Source: a virus (Duplodnaviria; Caudoviricetes). Taken from it: a DNA stretch of 55,853 nt. Each line of letters opens with the position of its first letter. Position 1 is the first letter of the stretch. Below are positions 1-10,500 of this stretch, in pieces. Made by a program: the position numbers and the translations under genes. The notes under the pieces are model-generated. The model made no database searches and was not told the origin of the DNA. It saw nothing but the letters and a program-made list of their open reading frames with translations. The stretch covers positions 1-55,853 of IMG/VR virus record IMGVR_UViG_3300027969_000126. One strand, given 5' to 3'.

Positions 1-1360
1 AACGATAAAAGTTCAACATTTCAGGAAATATTGATAACATATCAGTCTCTCTACGTTCGTCCAATTCATTAAACCAATTGTAGAAATCTCTGCGTCCTTC
101 TATTAATTTATCATTGGGATAAACTGTTTCTGCCATATAATCTACTACACGTTTGAATTTTTCATATTCAACCGTCGTAAACTTATTACTAGCATTATCA
201 TCAACGTTATCTAACATAAACTTTAATGCATCATGCATATAGGGCATAAATTCTTCTTTGGGAAGAATATTCATATCATACTGTATTGGGTCACGCAAAT
301 AAGGTGTATCAAAACGAACACGATGACTCTTTGTATCAGCATACCACCCATATCGTTCACGCCATTCTAAGAACTTAGCCAAATACTCTTTAAACGTAGT
401 TACACTAAAGACATTAAATGTAATCATAAACGTAATTGGGCTATCGGTGCGTTGTAAGTATGTATGGAAATTCTTTTCCCATAACTCTAAATCCAATCCT
501 GTACGAATATACTCAGCACGAGGACCCCAAGTGTCTAAACTAGTGAATAACTTAAATGCTTTGATTTTACCATCATCACACAATTGTTTAACTGTGTCGC
601 TTAATTTTTCTATTAATGCTGTTTTGGTGCCTAAATTACTATTGACGTTTAATTCTAACCAAGGCATAGGATCACTATCAATCTCTTTTAGTAGCTTCCA
701 AGTGCTAGTGTGCATCGTCGGTTCTCCGCCCGTAACACGCATAATGTTTAATGTCTTGCGTAGTTCAGGCCACCACTTCCAAAATGCATCAACATAAGGA
801 TTTTCTTCTTCACGTTGATATAATTTCATCCAATCAATATCACACCGATGATTCTTTACCGTAGTAACAGGGCCATTGACTTTGATTTCATTATAGAAAC
901 TTGTACTATACTTTGGATGACAATAACCACACTTAAAATTACATTCATTACCAAAGTTAATCTCTAAGTATTCCGGGTTAATGTTTTGGTCCCAAGCGCC
1001 TTTGGCTGCTTGCTTGTATCGTTCTTCAGTAAAGATAGATGCATTGCGAATGTGCCTATCACTAATGTAATCAGGACCCATTGCTTCAATATTCCAGCAG
1101 TATTGACATCCAGTTGGCTTGCTACCCTCAAGCATTTCTTTACGCTCAAGTTTCTTATGCATTGTATTGTGTAGAGCCGAAGGATTATCGGCTAACTCGC
1201 TTAATGGAATTTTATGTGGTTTAGGATGATAACAACTGTGTGTTTCCCCTGACTGTAAGTACATAGTTACATGATGCCACTTAGCCAAACAAAAGGAGGG
1301 GGTCGTTTCGTTTTCTATCCGTATCTTTATGTCTTGTATTCGTTTGTGTTCACTACTCAT
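1..1360 (-). CDS. Radical SAM enzyme with N-terminal Cys-rich SPASM/twitch-like region (3' end runs off the window)
   Basis: Not in the ORF track; hand translation from ATG 1360 gives MSSEHKRIQD...FCLAKW...HSCYH...GCQYCW...NECNFKCGYCHP (CxxxCxxC)...RVTGGEP. The frame stays open to the window edge, and the start overlaps the upstream stop (TGATG). Confidence 0.9.
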   Translation of the reverse strand, partial: MSSEHKRIQDIKIRIENETTPSFCLAKWHHVTMYLQSGETHSCYHPKPHKIPLSELADNPSALHNTMHKKLERKEMLEGSKPTGCQYCWNIEAMGPDYISDRHIRNASIFTEERYKQAAKGAWDQNINPEYLEINFGNECNFKCGYCHPKYSTSFYNEIKVNGPVTTVKNHRCDIDWMKLYQREEENPYVDAFWKWWPELRKTLNIMRVTGGEPTMHTSTWKLLKEIDSDPMPWLELNVNSNLGTKTALIEKLSDTVKQLCDDGKIKAFKLFTSLDTWGPRAEYIRTGLDLELWEKNFHTYLQRTDSPITFMITFNVFSVTTFKEYLAKFLEWRERYGWYADTKSHRVRFDTPYLRDPIQYDMNILPKEEFMPYMHDALKFMLDNVDDNASNKFTTVEYEKFKRVVDYMAETVYPNDKLIEGRRDFYNWFNELDERRETDMLSIFPEMLNFYR

Positions 1361-2313
1361 CACCATCCTTCGATTCTGCGAATAACATCCATCTCAGTAA
1401 TGAGCGGACCTAGATTATGTTTGTCAGCATTGTAGTGCCGTTTAAAAAACTTACTTTGTTCTTTATTTAAGGTACACATTGGCAATCCTAGTTTATCATG
1501 TAATACTTCGCCCATTAGTGTTGCTTCACGTTCCGGATCTCTATGTTCCTGTTCTTCCCATAATGTAATATAGTTATCAAACCACTGTACATTAGTGTGA
1601 TCCCATTCAGTTAACATAGTCATGTATGTACCTAATCTTGCTCCATATATAGCCCACATACCATTCTCAACATCAGCACCAACGTTGTGCCATATAGTTA
1701 AGTTGTTTAAATTTCTAGTTGCAACTGTTTCTTTTAGTGTGTCAATATCAGGCCTTGAACCTTTATCAAGCACCATTTTTACTCCTTCACGGAATCCAGC
1801 ACGCCACGCTTGGAACGGAGTATAATTAGGATACGTTGTTGAATAACAGTCATACATTGCCCAGTATAAGTTATCTTTACTGTCCATGCAGAAATCAGCA
1901 ATACGTGTCATGTCACCTTCTGTTTGGTATTCATGTGTTTTCATGTTAGCAACATAAGTTTTTGTCCAACTACTCATACCACCATTACCATAACGCAAAC
2001 CGTTGATAGAATTAATTGCTTTCCAACGATATTGTGCTAGTTTGTATTTAGGATCTTTATTATTAAAATCTAATTGCATATTGAAGAAGTTTTCTTCAGG
2101 CATATTATCACCGTCAATTAGAATAAATCGTTCTGTATCACTTGCGTTACCGGCCGCTTTATGTGCAGCATCACTACCTTTAACTCCGTCTACACGTTTA
2201 GCCCACGGAACCATATTTTTAATCTTAAGCCAAAATTCTTCTTTTTGTGGCTCATCGTAACTTAGATAGATACAATCTAAATCAGCTACATCTATTATAT
2301 TTTCATAACTCAT
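1360..2313 (-). CDS. Putative GT-A-fold glycosyltransferase-like protein
   Basis: YLSYDE, AHKAAG and FILIDGDN (DxD) motifs. Probable start is MSYEN at 2313, overlapping the upstream gene's end, rather than 2349. Confidence 0.6.
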   Translation of the reverse strand: MSYENIIDVADLDCIYLSYDEPQKEEFWLKIKNMVPWAKRVDGVKGSDAAHKAAGNASDTERFILIDGDNMPEENFFNMQLDFNNKDPKYKLAQYRWKAINSINGLRYGNGGMSSWTKTYVANMKTHEYQTEGDMTRIADFCMDSKDNLYWAMYDCYSTTYPNYTPFQAWRAGFREGVKMVLDKGSRPDIDTLKETVATRNLNNLTIWHNVGADVENGMWAIYGARLGTYMTMLTEWDHTNVQWFDNYITLWEEQEHRDPEREATLMGEVLHDKLGLPMCTLNKEQSKFFKRHYNADKHNLGPLITEMDVIRRIEGW

Positions 2314-2641
2314 AAATATGCAATTTCCATTTTGTATTTGCAGTATCACTATTTACAATAATACTTATATCTTCCGGATGACAACTAGTTCCTTCACTGT
2401 CAGGCATTAATTTATATACTACTGCATTGGTTTGTGCCCTTGATATTTTACCGTCAATAACTCTAATATCAGGTCTTGCTTCTGCAAAGGTTAGTGCATC
2501 AATAATAATATAATTGCCGATCATTGATTTATCACCAGTGTAACATATTACCTTTCCAGTATCATCATAATACAGTCTAAATTCAGGTGGTTCTATCTTA
2601 GGTGCTTCCCAAATAATAACATAATCTTCTTGATCATTCAT
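2303..2641 (-). CDS. Hypothetical protein (112 aa)
   Basis: Overlaps both neighbours in a tightly packed operon. Confidence 0.75.
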   Translation of the reverse strand: MNDQEDYVIIWEAPKIEPPEFRLYYDDTGKVICYTGDKSMIGNYIIIDALTFAEARPDIRVIDGKISRAQTNAVVYKLMPDSEGTSCHPEDISIIVNSDTANTKWKLHIYEL

Positions 2642-3393
2642 ACTACTATTTTATCACAAAAGTTCTTCACATGATAGTGAAATGGATACTGCTGGGGTAC
2701 AGTCTGTACTCTAATTTGATTAGGTAAACATTCATATACAAAAGTATCTGTCCAATTTTCTGTTGGATTACCATTGATATATTGTTTCATATGTATCATA
2801 CTCATTTCGTTAAAGGTAGGTAACGTAGTTTTTTCTACCCCCATGATGTTACATACTAAAGAATAAACCCAGTCAGTTGTTGCTAATTCATCTGGATTAC
2901 ATTTTAATATCTTTTTATATGCTTCCCAATTAGTAAAAATTTCTTTAACTAAATCAAAAAAATATTTTGAGGTCTCTGATTTTTTAAAATAAGTTATAGC
3001 ATTGTAAACATTCGGTAACTTATTATCGTCAATGAATCTTCGGTAAAATCTCACATCAGAAATTTCTTGTTTAAAGTTTCTAATGGTAGTTGACACTACT
3101 ACATCTCTGTCTTTGAGAACATCCCACCAATGATCAATGTTTCTAGGAATATACATATCTGCTTCTAATTTGATTGTATAGTCATACGGGCTTGCTTCAT
3201 ATACTTGCCAGTCATTGATAAGTTTCCAATCACTGTCTTTTGCCAAATCACCATAAGGTAACATCTCGGTTGTGATGATAGTTACGTTAGCATCTGGCAT
3301 TACTCTTAGTATGCTTTTACGTAATGTTTCCGCACATTTAGTATAACTTGTTTTCTCAGTATCCTGAGCCATTATTACAAAGCCTTTATTCAT
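2638..3393 (-). CDS. Putative nucleotide-diphospho-sugar transferase (GT-A-like)
   Basis: SPYDYTIKLEADM (DxD-like); paralogous to the 3386-4192 gene. Confidence 0.65.
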   Translation of the reverse strand: MNKGFVIMAQDTEKTSYTKCAETLRKSILRVMPDANVTIITTEMLPYGDLAKDSDWKLINDWQVYEASPYDYTIKLEADMYIPRNIDHWWDVLKDRDVVVSTTIRNFKQEISDVRFYRRFIDDNKLPNVYNAITYFKKSETSKYFFDLVKEIFTNWEAYKKILKCNPDELATTDWVYSLVCNIMGVEKTTLPTFNEMSMIHMKQYINGNPTENWTDTFVYECLPNQIRVQTVPQQYPFHYHVKNFCDKIVV

Positions 3394-4192
3394 GTATCAA
3401 CTCCATAAAGTTTTCTTTATTCATAACATGAAAATCCATATCTTTAATAGTAATGTATTCTTTGCGGATTTTACCCCGATTCCAATTATCAAACATCACG
3501 GTGTATTCAGTATTAAATTCATCATCTTTGTTTTTATATACACTTGTATTCTTACCAACGTGCAACAGATTCCACGGTATCACATCTTCAATTGGAGTAG
3601 TATGTCCGTTTACTATTCTAGTAGCCAAAGTTAGTGCGTAGTCATTACGAAAAGTTGCTGCTATAAATCCATGAATACTAGCATAGTGATCAAAATTATT
3701 TTGAATCATTTCCAGTGAATCAAATATTTGTTTTGCTCTTTGTGTTTTTTTGAATGTAACTACCGTAGCCCATAGTGTTTTAAAACTATACACGCTTAAA
3801 ACTTCTTGTGATACATCTGGATGCATAATAAAACTAGTAGTATCATGGCAACAAAAGTCTGTTGGTAAATCAAATGTTGTTAATAACTTGTCTGAGTTAA
3901 CCATATAATCAGTATCTAGTAAGATAGTTTCATCGTATGGACTAAATTGATATGCACGATATCTACCTTTATTATACCATAATCCCCAATCTCTTTTGTT
4001 AGACTTATCAGCAGGAGCCATAACAATGTTATCAAATTGATATGATTGTTTAACTGGCAATGATTCACTATCTGTTACTAATGTAACAGGGATATCTAAA
4101 AAATGATTAATGCGTTTAGCAGTTGCTACTGCCATGTCATAGTAATTATATTTTGGACTGTTGAAAGCGAAAAGTAATGCCCCTCTGTTCAT
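3386..4192 (-). CDS. Putative nucleotide-diphospho-sugar transferase (GT-A-like)
   Basis: RYRAYQFSPYDETILLDTDY (DxD), LWATVVTF and RNDYAL motifs. Confidence 0.7.
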   Translation of the reverse strand: MNRGALLFAFNSPKYNYYDMAVATAKRINHFLDIPVTLVTDSESLPVKQSYQFDNIVMAPADKSNKRDWGLWYNKGRYRAYQFSPYDETILLDTDYMVNSDKLLTTFDLPTDFCCHDTTSFIMHPDVSQEVLSVYSFKTLWATVVTFKKTQRAKQIFDSLEMIQNNFDHYASIHGFIAATFRNDYALTLATRIVNGHTTPIEDVIPWNLLHVGKNTSVYKNKDDEFNTEYTVMFDNWNRGKIRKEYITIKDMDFHVMNKENFMELIHE

Positions 4193-4494
4193 CTTTTCTT
4201 CTCTAATTCAATCCATTCTTTATACCATGATTCCATAACGGTTTTGTAAGTTCCGTTAAGTTTTTCTAGTAATTCAACTCTATTAACTCGTACCGGATTA
4301 TTAAACGTGTCAATTAATATTACCCATTCGTCTGAAGAGGCATTTAAGAAATTTAATGTTTCTAAATTGGCTCTCCAAAGTCCGGTTTGATCTGCTACGA
4401 TAAATTTACTATCGTATTTGTCTTTTAAGTAGGCTTTAGCTGAGTTATGGTTGAAGCGGGCTTTGGCTTCAGCAATTAATGATGTTGTATCCAT
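4189..4494 (-). CDS. Hypothetical protein (101 aa)
   Basis: AGGAG RBS and a late-promoter-like TCTAAATA upstream; ATGA overlap with the next gene. Confidence 0.8.
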   Translation of the reverse strand: MDTTSLIAEAKARFNHNSAKAYLKDKYDSKFIVADQTGLWRANLETLNFLNASSDEWVILIDTFNNPVRVNRVELLEKLNGTYKTVMESWYKEWIELEKKR

Positions 4495-4509
4495 GTGTAC
4501 TCCTACGAG

Positions 4510-4517
4510 TATTTAGA
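4510..4517 (-). promoter_or_regulatory. Late promoter-like TCTAAATA
   Basis: Just upstream of the RBS of the first gene of the GT cluster. Confidence 0.6.
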
Positions 4518-4542
4518 TGGATACAACGAGATTGATAAAAAA

Positions 4543-5502
4543 TTATGCTGCCGATACGGTTCCGGTAATAGAGATAGCACCCCATGTATTAGCGGGTAAA
4601 TAAGTCGTTTCAGGTGCGACCGCAGTTACGGTTGTAGTAGAACCTGAACCTACTGTTAATCCATTCGGGACTTCATCCCAAATTGTATAAAGTGTGACTA
4701 CAGAACCTGCATCACCGTTTGATCCTTGAGTACCATTACTTTTTGCAATTACACGAATGAATGTACTTAGATAACCAGATGGTCCTGTTGAAGCTAACTG
4801 TGTAAATACGTTGGCATTACTTGTAGTTAGTGCATAGTAACCATTATTTGGAAGCAAGGTTGGTGCATTGCCGCCGCCGCCTACTTTAGTTATACCATTA
4901 AATGATACACTTGAAATAGTTACTGCGCCGGAATTTTGAGCACTCATAACTACTGTACCCACGTTACTTGCCAAGTTATTAAATAATAAATTAATACCGG
5001 CTGTAGAATTTGCGTGAGCGCATGTAACTTTTAACTGTCCACCAGAATTAAAAAAGTATCTTGCTGCATCACCGTTTGCAAAAGTTACAGTATGTGTAAA
5101 TGTTGCGGCTGCTGACCATGTAGTAGCAATTGTTGCGGTATTGGCTGTAGTAGAACCTTGCGTTGCGGCATTTAATCTGCTAGTATAGATTGTTGTTAAG
5201 TTAGTAGGTATTGCAGACAGATATGTAACAGTGCCTCCGGCAACAGGAACAGATACTGATGTAATACTAGTACCTTGATGTGATGCCGCACTTGCAGTAT
5301 TAGATACTAATGCTCCCCATTGACTACTAGCAGCAACTTGTGTACCTGCTGCTATATTTGCTACTGCTGTTTGTCCATATCCTGCATTGGTTCCGCCGGT
5401 CGCCCATACTGCATTTAATGTACCGGATGTTGTGGTTGGATTACCGCCTACTAGTGAGTTAAAATCTGTTGCTGCGATTGTTCCGTATTGTGCGTATGTC
5501 AT
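4543..5502 (-). CDS. Virion structural protein, Thr/Ser/Gly/Ala-rich (fibre-associated)
   Basis: Beta-rich composition, ARYFFNSGG motif, and position right after the fibre gene. Confidence 0.6.
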   Translation of the reverse strand: MTYAQYGTIAATDFNSLVGGNPTTTSGTLNAVWATGGTNAGYGQTAVANIAAGTQVAASSQWGALVSNTASAASHQGTSITSVSVPVAGGTVTYLSAIPTNLTTIYTSRLNAATQGSTTANTATIATTWSAAATFTHTVTFANGDAARYFFNSGGQLKVTCAHANSTAGINLLFNNLASNVGTVVMSAQNSGAVTISSVSFNGITKVGGGGNAPTLLPNNGYYALTTSNANVFTQLASTGPSGYLSTFIRVIAKSNGTQGSNGDAGSVVTLYTIWDEVPNGLTVGSGSTTTVTAVAPETTYLPANTWGAISITGTVSAA

Positions 5503-5511
5503 TTTTTATCC

Positions 5512-6756
5512 TTATTTAGAAACAGTAACAATTGCTAAAACTGTTCCAATACTAGTTGTTGTTTTATTTTCTAATGCTCGTCCAACAACATTGAATGCAG
5601 TTGCTTCACCTGTTGTAGCTGCACGGGCTATTCCATTACCTGCGCTAACTAGACGATCACCCTTCTTAACTATACCTTTAACTTTAACTTGAACACGACC
5701 TGTCATAGCGACCGGCGGGTGAGTAGTATCAGTACCTGCACCAGAGTTCATTAAGTAAGCAGCAGTATCAGAGATAACACCAAATATATCTTCACTTAAT
5801 TCGTACTTGACACTAGTAATTTCTTTATCACCGCCTAATTCAACAACTGTACCTGCGTCATAATAAGCATCTGCTTCAAAGCGTTCTGCCAAGTCAGCGT
5901 ATGTTGCTAGTAATCTACTACCACTAGTTAATGTCCAATTACCTGTAATTGAGCCAGCTACTGTGTTACCGCTTGTTGTAATGTTTGCAGTAGTTACACT
6001 AGTAGGAGCAAGTACTCCACTAAATTGTGATACTGAATTTGAACCAGTAAGATAATCATAAACGTTTCCGTTGTTATAAGTACCTGCAAAACTGATAGGA
6101 GTACCGTTTGCATACATATACTTGTCAGTTTTAATACCGTATGTATTACCAGAATTGTTAATTACAATGTTACCTGAGTTCATATAGACTACAGTACCGG
6201 CTACAGAGTTAGCAGTTCCTGTACCATTGAGAGTCCAAGTACCAGTAATTGTGCCTGCTGTTGTTGCACCGCCGGTTGTTATAACTGTAGTGTTTAATGT
6301 TCCAATGTTAGCAGTAGTAATATTTGCATTTGCTATCGTAGCAGTATTTTGAACGGTAGCCAATTGAACTGTTATGTTTGATGCACTTATGTTGTTTGAA
6401 ATAACTGCATTATTTGATGATAAATTTCCAGTAACAGTAACAGCACCGAATGTAGTTGTTCCTCCACTAGCTGTTGAAGTTAGTGCTAACCAGTTACTAC
6501 TAGAAGCCCCGTCTATCGGGCAAACATACATAGTATTAGAGTTTGTATTAAACCATAATTGGCCTGCAAGTGGGTTAGCAGGAGGACTTGCATTTGCAAA
6601 GTTCTCTATAGCATGGACAAAGTTAGTGTCCAAATATTGACCGTAACCAGCATAGTTTCTGCCCGGTAGTGCTAATGAAGTACTACTAGTATTAATAGTA
6701 CCGTCAGCAATGGTTGTAAGCACTTGCCCATTACTTTTTACAATTGTATATGCCAT
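5512..6756 (-). CDS. Tail fibre/spike protein with C-terminal Peptidase_G2-like intramolecular chaperone domain
   Basis: N-terminal GRNYAGYG...ENFA...PLAGQLWFN anchor; C-terminal YADLAE...GTVV..GG..EI...GVIS...PVAMTGRVQVKV..KGDRLVS. Confidence 0.75.
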   Translation of the reverse strand: MAYTIVKSNGQVLTTIADGTINTSSTSLALPGRNYAGYGQYLDTNFVHAIENFANASPPANPLAGQLWFNTNSNTMYVCPIDGASSSNWLALTSTASGGTTTFGAVTVTGNLSSNNAVISNNISASNITVQLATVQNTATIANANITTANIGTLNTTVITTGGATTAGTITGTWTLNGTGTANSVAGTVVYMNSGNIVINNSGNTYGIKTDKYMYANGTPISFAGTYNNGNVYDYLTGSNSVSQFSGVLAPTSVTTANITTSGNTVAGSITGNWTLTSGSRLLATYADLAERFEADAYYDAGTVVELGGDKEITSVKYELSEDIFGVISDTAAYLMNSGAGTDTTHPPVAMTGRVQVKVKGIVKKGDRLVSAGNGIARAATTGEATAFNVVGRALENKTTTSIGTVLAIVTVSK

Positions 6757-6779
6757 TTTAAAATTACTCCGATATCTGT

Positions 6780-6787
6780 TATTTATC
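6780..6787 (-). promoter_or_regulatory. Late promoter-like GATAAATA
   Basis: Intergenic, upstream of the fibre gene. Confidence 0.65.
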
Positions 6788-7408
6788 TTATATTGTCACT
6801 AAATTCGTCAAACTTTGAATTCTAACTGTATAATCAATCTGAATCTGTCTGTTTAAACTCTTTTGTACTGGGTGAAATATTACATGAGTTAGCAATCTTG
6901 TAATAGTCTGCCCCGTGGTATCTGTCCCATAATTAGCAAGTAAACCCAATTCGTCAAAAACATAGGAACTATCTGTTTGGGTGCTGTTATCAAATGCGTC
7001 CTGACCAGCTGGCTCGCCGTAATCCAATAGACATTGTACTAAAATATCACTATAAACTTTGCCCGTAGTGTGGGTCACTGTCATCTTGTTTCTTGTAGGA
7101 TCTAAGTTAAAAACGCTAGTATCATCAACAATTTTTGTATAGGTTTGATTGTACAGTGCTGCATTTTGCCCAGTTACATTTGGGGGCAAATATGTAATAA
7201 CTCCGGTATCTGACACACTTGCACCACCATTACCAAAAGCCATTTCATATATTTCCCCGTACCCGCGACTACTTAATGTATCAGCAATTGCTATAGACAT
7301 GTTTTCGTAGTTAATAGCATTTTTCTTATCCACAAATATTTCCCCATTATTGGGGTCGTAGATTTTCAAAAATCCTTCTATTTTGTATGATAGTGTTATT
7401 ACTGACAT
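6788..7408 (-). CDS. Baseplate / tail-fibre attachment structural protein (206 aa)
   Basis: MAFGNGG, FDELGL and THVIFHPVQKSLNRQIQIDYTVRI resemble tail-collar/fibre-proximal domains; gene context agrees. Confidence 0.6.
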   Translation of the reverse strand: MSVITLSYKIEGFLKIYDPNNGEIFVDKKNAINYENMSIAIADTLSSRGYGEIYEMAFGNGGASVSDTGVITYLPPNVTGQNAALYNQTYTKIVDDTSVFNLDPTRNKMTVTHTTGKVYSDILVQCLLDYGEPAGQDAFDNSTQTDSSYVFDELGLLANYGTDTTGQTITRLLTHVIFHPVQKSLNRQIQIDYTVRIQSLTNLVTI

Positions 7409-7560
7409 TAATTATCGCCTCTTATTTGTACTAATATTTCTTTAGTGTTTGGATCTGTTATTTTAACGCCGGAAGAAAAGTAAAACCCACCCAATTCATT
7501 TGGTTTTGTACTAGGGGTTTCGGGTTGTACTTTCTCTTTTTCTTCCGCTTTTTCGTTCAT
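7408..7560 (-). CDS. Small hypothetical protein (50 aa, MNEKAEEK...KITDPNTKEILVQIRGDN)
   Basis: Below the ORF-track cutoff; fills the gap exactly, has a TAATG overlap with the next gene and GATAAATA upstream. Confidence 0.7.
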   Translation of the reverse strand: MNEKAEEKEKVQPETPSTKPNELGGFYFSSGVKITDPNTKEILVQIRGDN

Positions 7561-7565
7561 ATATT

Positions 7566-7573
7566 TATTTATC
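7566..7573 (-). promoter_or_regulatory. Late promoter-like GATAAATA
   Basis: Between the giant gene's stop and the 50-aa ORF. Confidence 0.6.
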
Positions 7574-7574
7574 T

Positions 7575-10500
7575 TTAATTTATATCCGTTCTTAAGAATA
7601 TTGCGCCCTCAGCATCTGCAATCTGTAACGGATCTCCTTCCGTCTGATTGTAGATTCCTGGGATTGGGTTCCATTCTTCTTCATACAATACATTTGTCAT
7701 TCTGTTGTTAGGCAACAATCCAAACACCTCAGCATATAATGGGGTGTACGTTGGTACTCCGGTTCCATTTGTGCCCCTGCTCAATAAGCTAACAGTGTTA
7801 AGTTCTAAATCACATTCTTGGAAGCCAATTTGCTCCCCGTTAATGTATAGCAATCTACCCTCAACTGACGTTATAGTTAATGAATCATTAACTGAAACTT
7901 GAGAAGAAATTTGTAAAATAGGAGCGCCGACAACTAACGGATTTGGGTGTAACGGCCAAGGGTATCCAACACCTTCTAAAACTATCTTATAATTTGCAGG
8001 ATTTACAGTAACACCGGTTGTATTATTGTACACCGTTACGTGACATATTGCATTCTTATTAGACACTAGGCCAATGTTATATTTTCCATCCAGCACTGCT
8101 GGACAAACATTTTCTTGTACTATGCTGTCAGTAACTCGGGATGCATCATTTAAGTAAATTACGTCATCGGTAAATTTCAAAGGTTCAACTAACCAAGTTC
8201 TAGTTTGAGTATTTGCTCTATACACAGAAGCATTACCTTTTTGTGATACATTTAATAAGTAAACTAACTCATTTGGAGTTGCTGTAGGCATCATACTAGT
8301 AATAATAACTTCATCACCGGTATTAATTGTAGTTAGTACTGATAAATTATTGTAAGGATTTAATCTTAATGAAGAAGATGGTAAACGGTAACCGTTAACT
8401 GTTACCCACAATCTGTCTACATTAAATTGTTCAAATTGTGATACGTTAATTGCTCCAGTATCATCAATCAACAATACTTCTGCTTCATCAGGATAACGAT
8501 CCGCAGTAATTGTAAATTCTTGTAGTCCAGTTGCTAGTCCTGTACCAGTTTGTAAACTAGAATTACATATGAATATAACTCCAACACTATTAGAGGCTGC
8601 ACCTAATGTTGTAAAATCAGTTGTGCCCGGTACAGTAATTTGATATTGATTACCAACAATGAAATTACCGGTAGTAATTTCAGGTCTGACTTCTAATACG
8701 TAATATTCAACTTTTGCCTCTATTCCGCCCATAATGTCATCATTTATTGCTGCGCCAATTTTAGTAAAATAGACAGGGGTACCGGGTACTAACGCATCAG
8801 TATTGGTAACAGTAATTCTATTTCCGTTACTAGTAGTTGTAGTTGCAACTGTATCAGCAACAGTAAATAATTCATCTAACCAAGCATATCCACCTGATAC
8901 ATATGCAGAAGCAAATGTTACAGGATAATTAACTGCATACAATGCCGGATTGTATGGTTCTGTGTATAAATCAAAGACTGTATTAGAAATTATTCTAACA
9001 TAATAAACATTATTTAATAATTGAGTAGAACCAATCATACCGTCAAGACGAACCAATGCACCTTCTGTAAAATTGTTTATAATGCCAGTAGTAACTCTTA
9101 TTGCAGGATTCTCTCCCATAGTTGCTACAATGTTATCAGTAGAGTTAGATAATGTAGGTACTATTCCATTTTGATCCTTAATTGTAAAGTGTGTAGAGTC
9201 TACAACAGAATCAACAAAGTAAACTTGTCCAGTAGTATTAATACCACCTACACTAGTAACTATTGCAGCACCGGTGCCGTAACCTGTGCCAATATTAGCG
9301 CAGGTGAAGTTATCACCCACAGAATATGTTACACCCGATGTTCCTGCAATCGTATTCCATTGAGCATTAGTTGTTGTACCTAAACTATTAATTTGATAAT
9401 CTATTCCCAATGTCAATGATCCAACTGTATATGTAGGAACTTTGAACACAATATCTTGATTTACAATCATTCCAGTAGTGCTGCTACATGTTATATAGTT
9501 TGTTCCAACTGCGGTAGCTGATATATAATATGTTCCTAATGCCGGTGAAATAATATTAGATATACTAGTAATATTAGCAACAGTTAAACCATTAACAGTC
9601 GCAGTCATACTTCCGGCCGCTGAAGCTAATATTGGTGAATCGCCGCCGACCGTAGTTGAAATTGTAAACGTAGTAGAAGTTAATATTGAAGTAACATAAT
9701 ATGTTACACCAGCTACCATGCCGCTACCAGAAATAACAGTACCAAATACTAGCGGATAATTAATTGATAGTATACTAGTATCACTAGTAGTCAACCAGTA
9801 ATTAGCTTCATCAAAATCATTTTGATCATATCCGTTATATACTGTTCCGGTTCCAGTACCCACTCCAGTCGCAGTAAAACTTGCCACAAGCGCAGTTCCT
9901 GTACCTAATCCTACTCCAGTAGCAGTGAACAATACATTTTGTGCGGCAGTTGCAGTAATTGTCGTGCTTGCAACAGTTTGAGTAGCACTTAATGTATAAG
10001 TTCCTATACCACCAGATCCAGTTAAGAAACCAGTAATAGTTGTTCCACCGGTAACACCTGTGCCAGACAATACTTGATTAATTGATAATATATCTTTTGC
10101 AGCAGTACCAGTACCAGCTGCTGTTGCCTGTGCAGTTATTATATTACCTACTGCATAAGTTATACCAGTAGTTCCTGCAACAGTATTCCAATTTGTGGTA
10201 CCCAATGATAGTATTGTATAAGTTTGACCAACGATCAATGCGGTTGACAATACTGAAGGGGTGAGTACGTTGGTTACTGTTAATACCCCAGTTAGTACTC
10301 CATTTAGTGTTTGATTAGCAATACTTCCAGTGACTGTTCCACCGCCACCAATTAATGACCAATTAGTGGTTCCAGTTGAATTTACAATATATTGCGTTCC
10401 TGCTACAAAACTACCGGCAGTTACTGATGTAGTACCTAAACTTGTCCAAGATGTAGTACCAATGGATTTAATTACATACTGATTTCCTGCTACAAAACTA

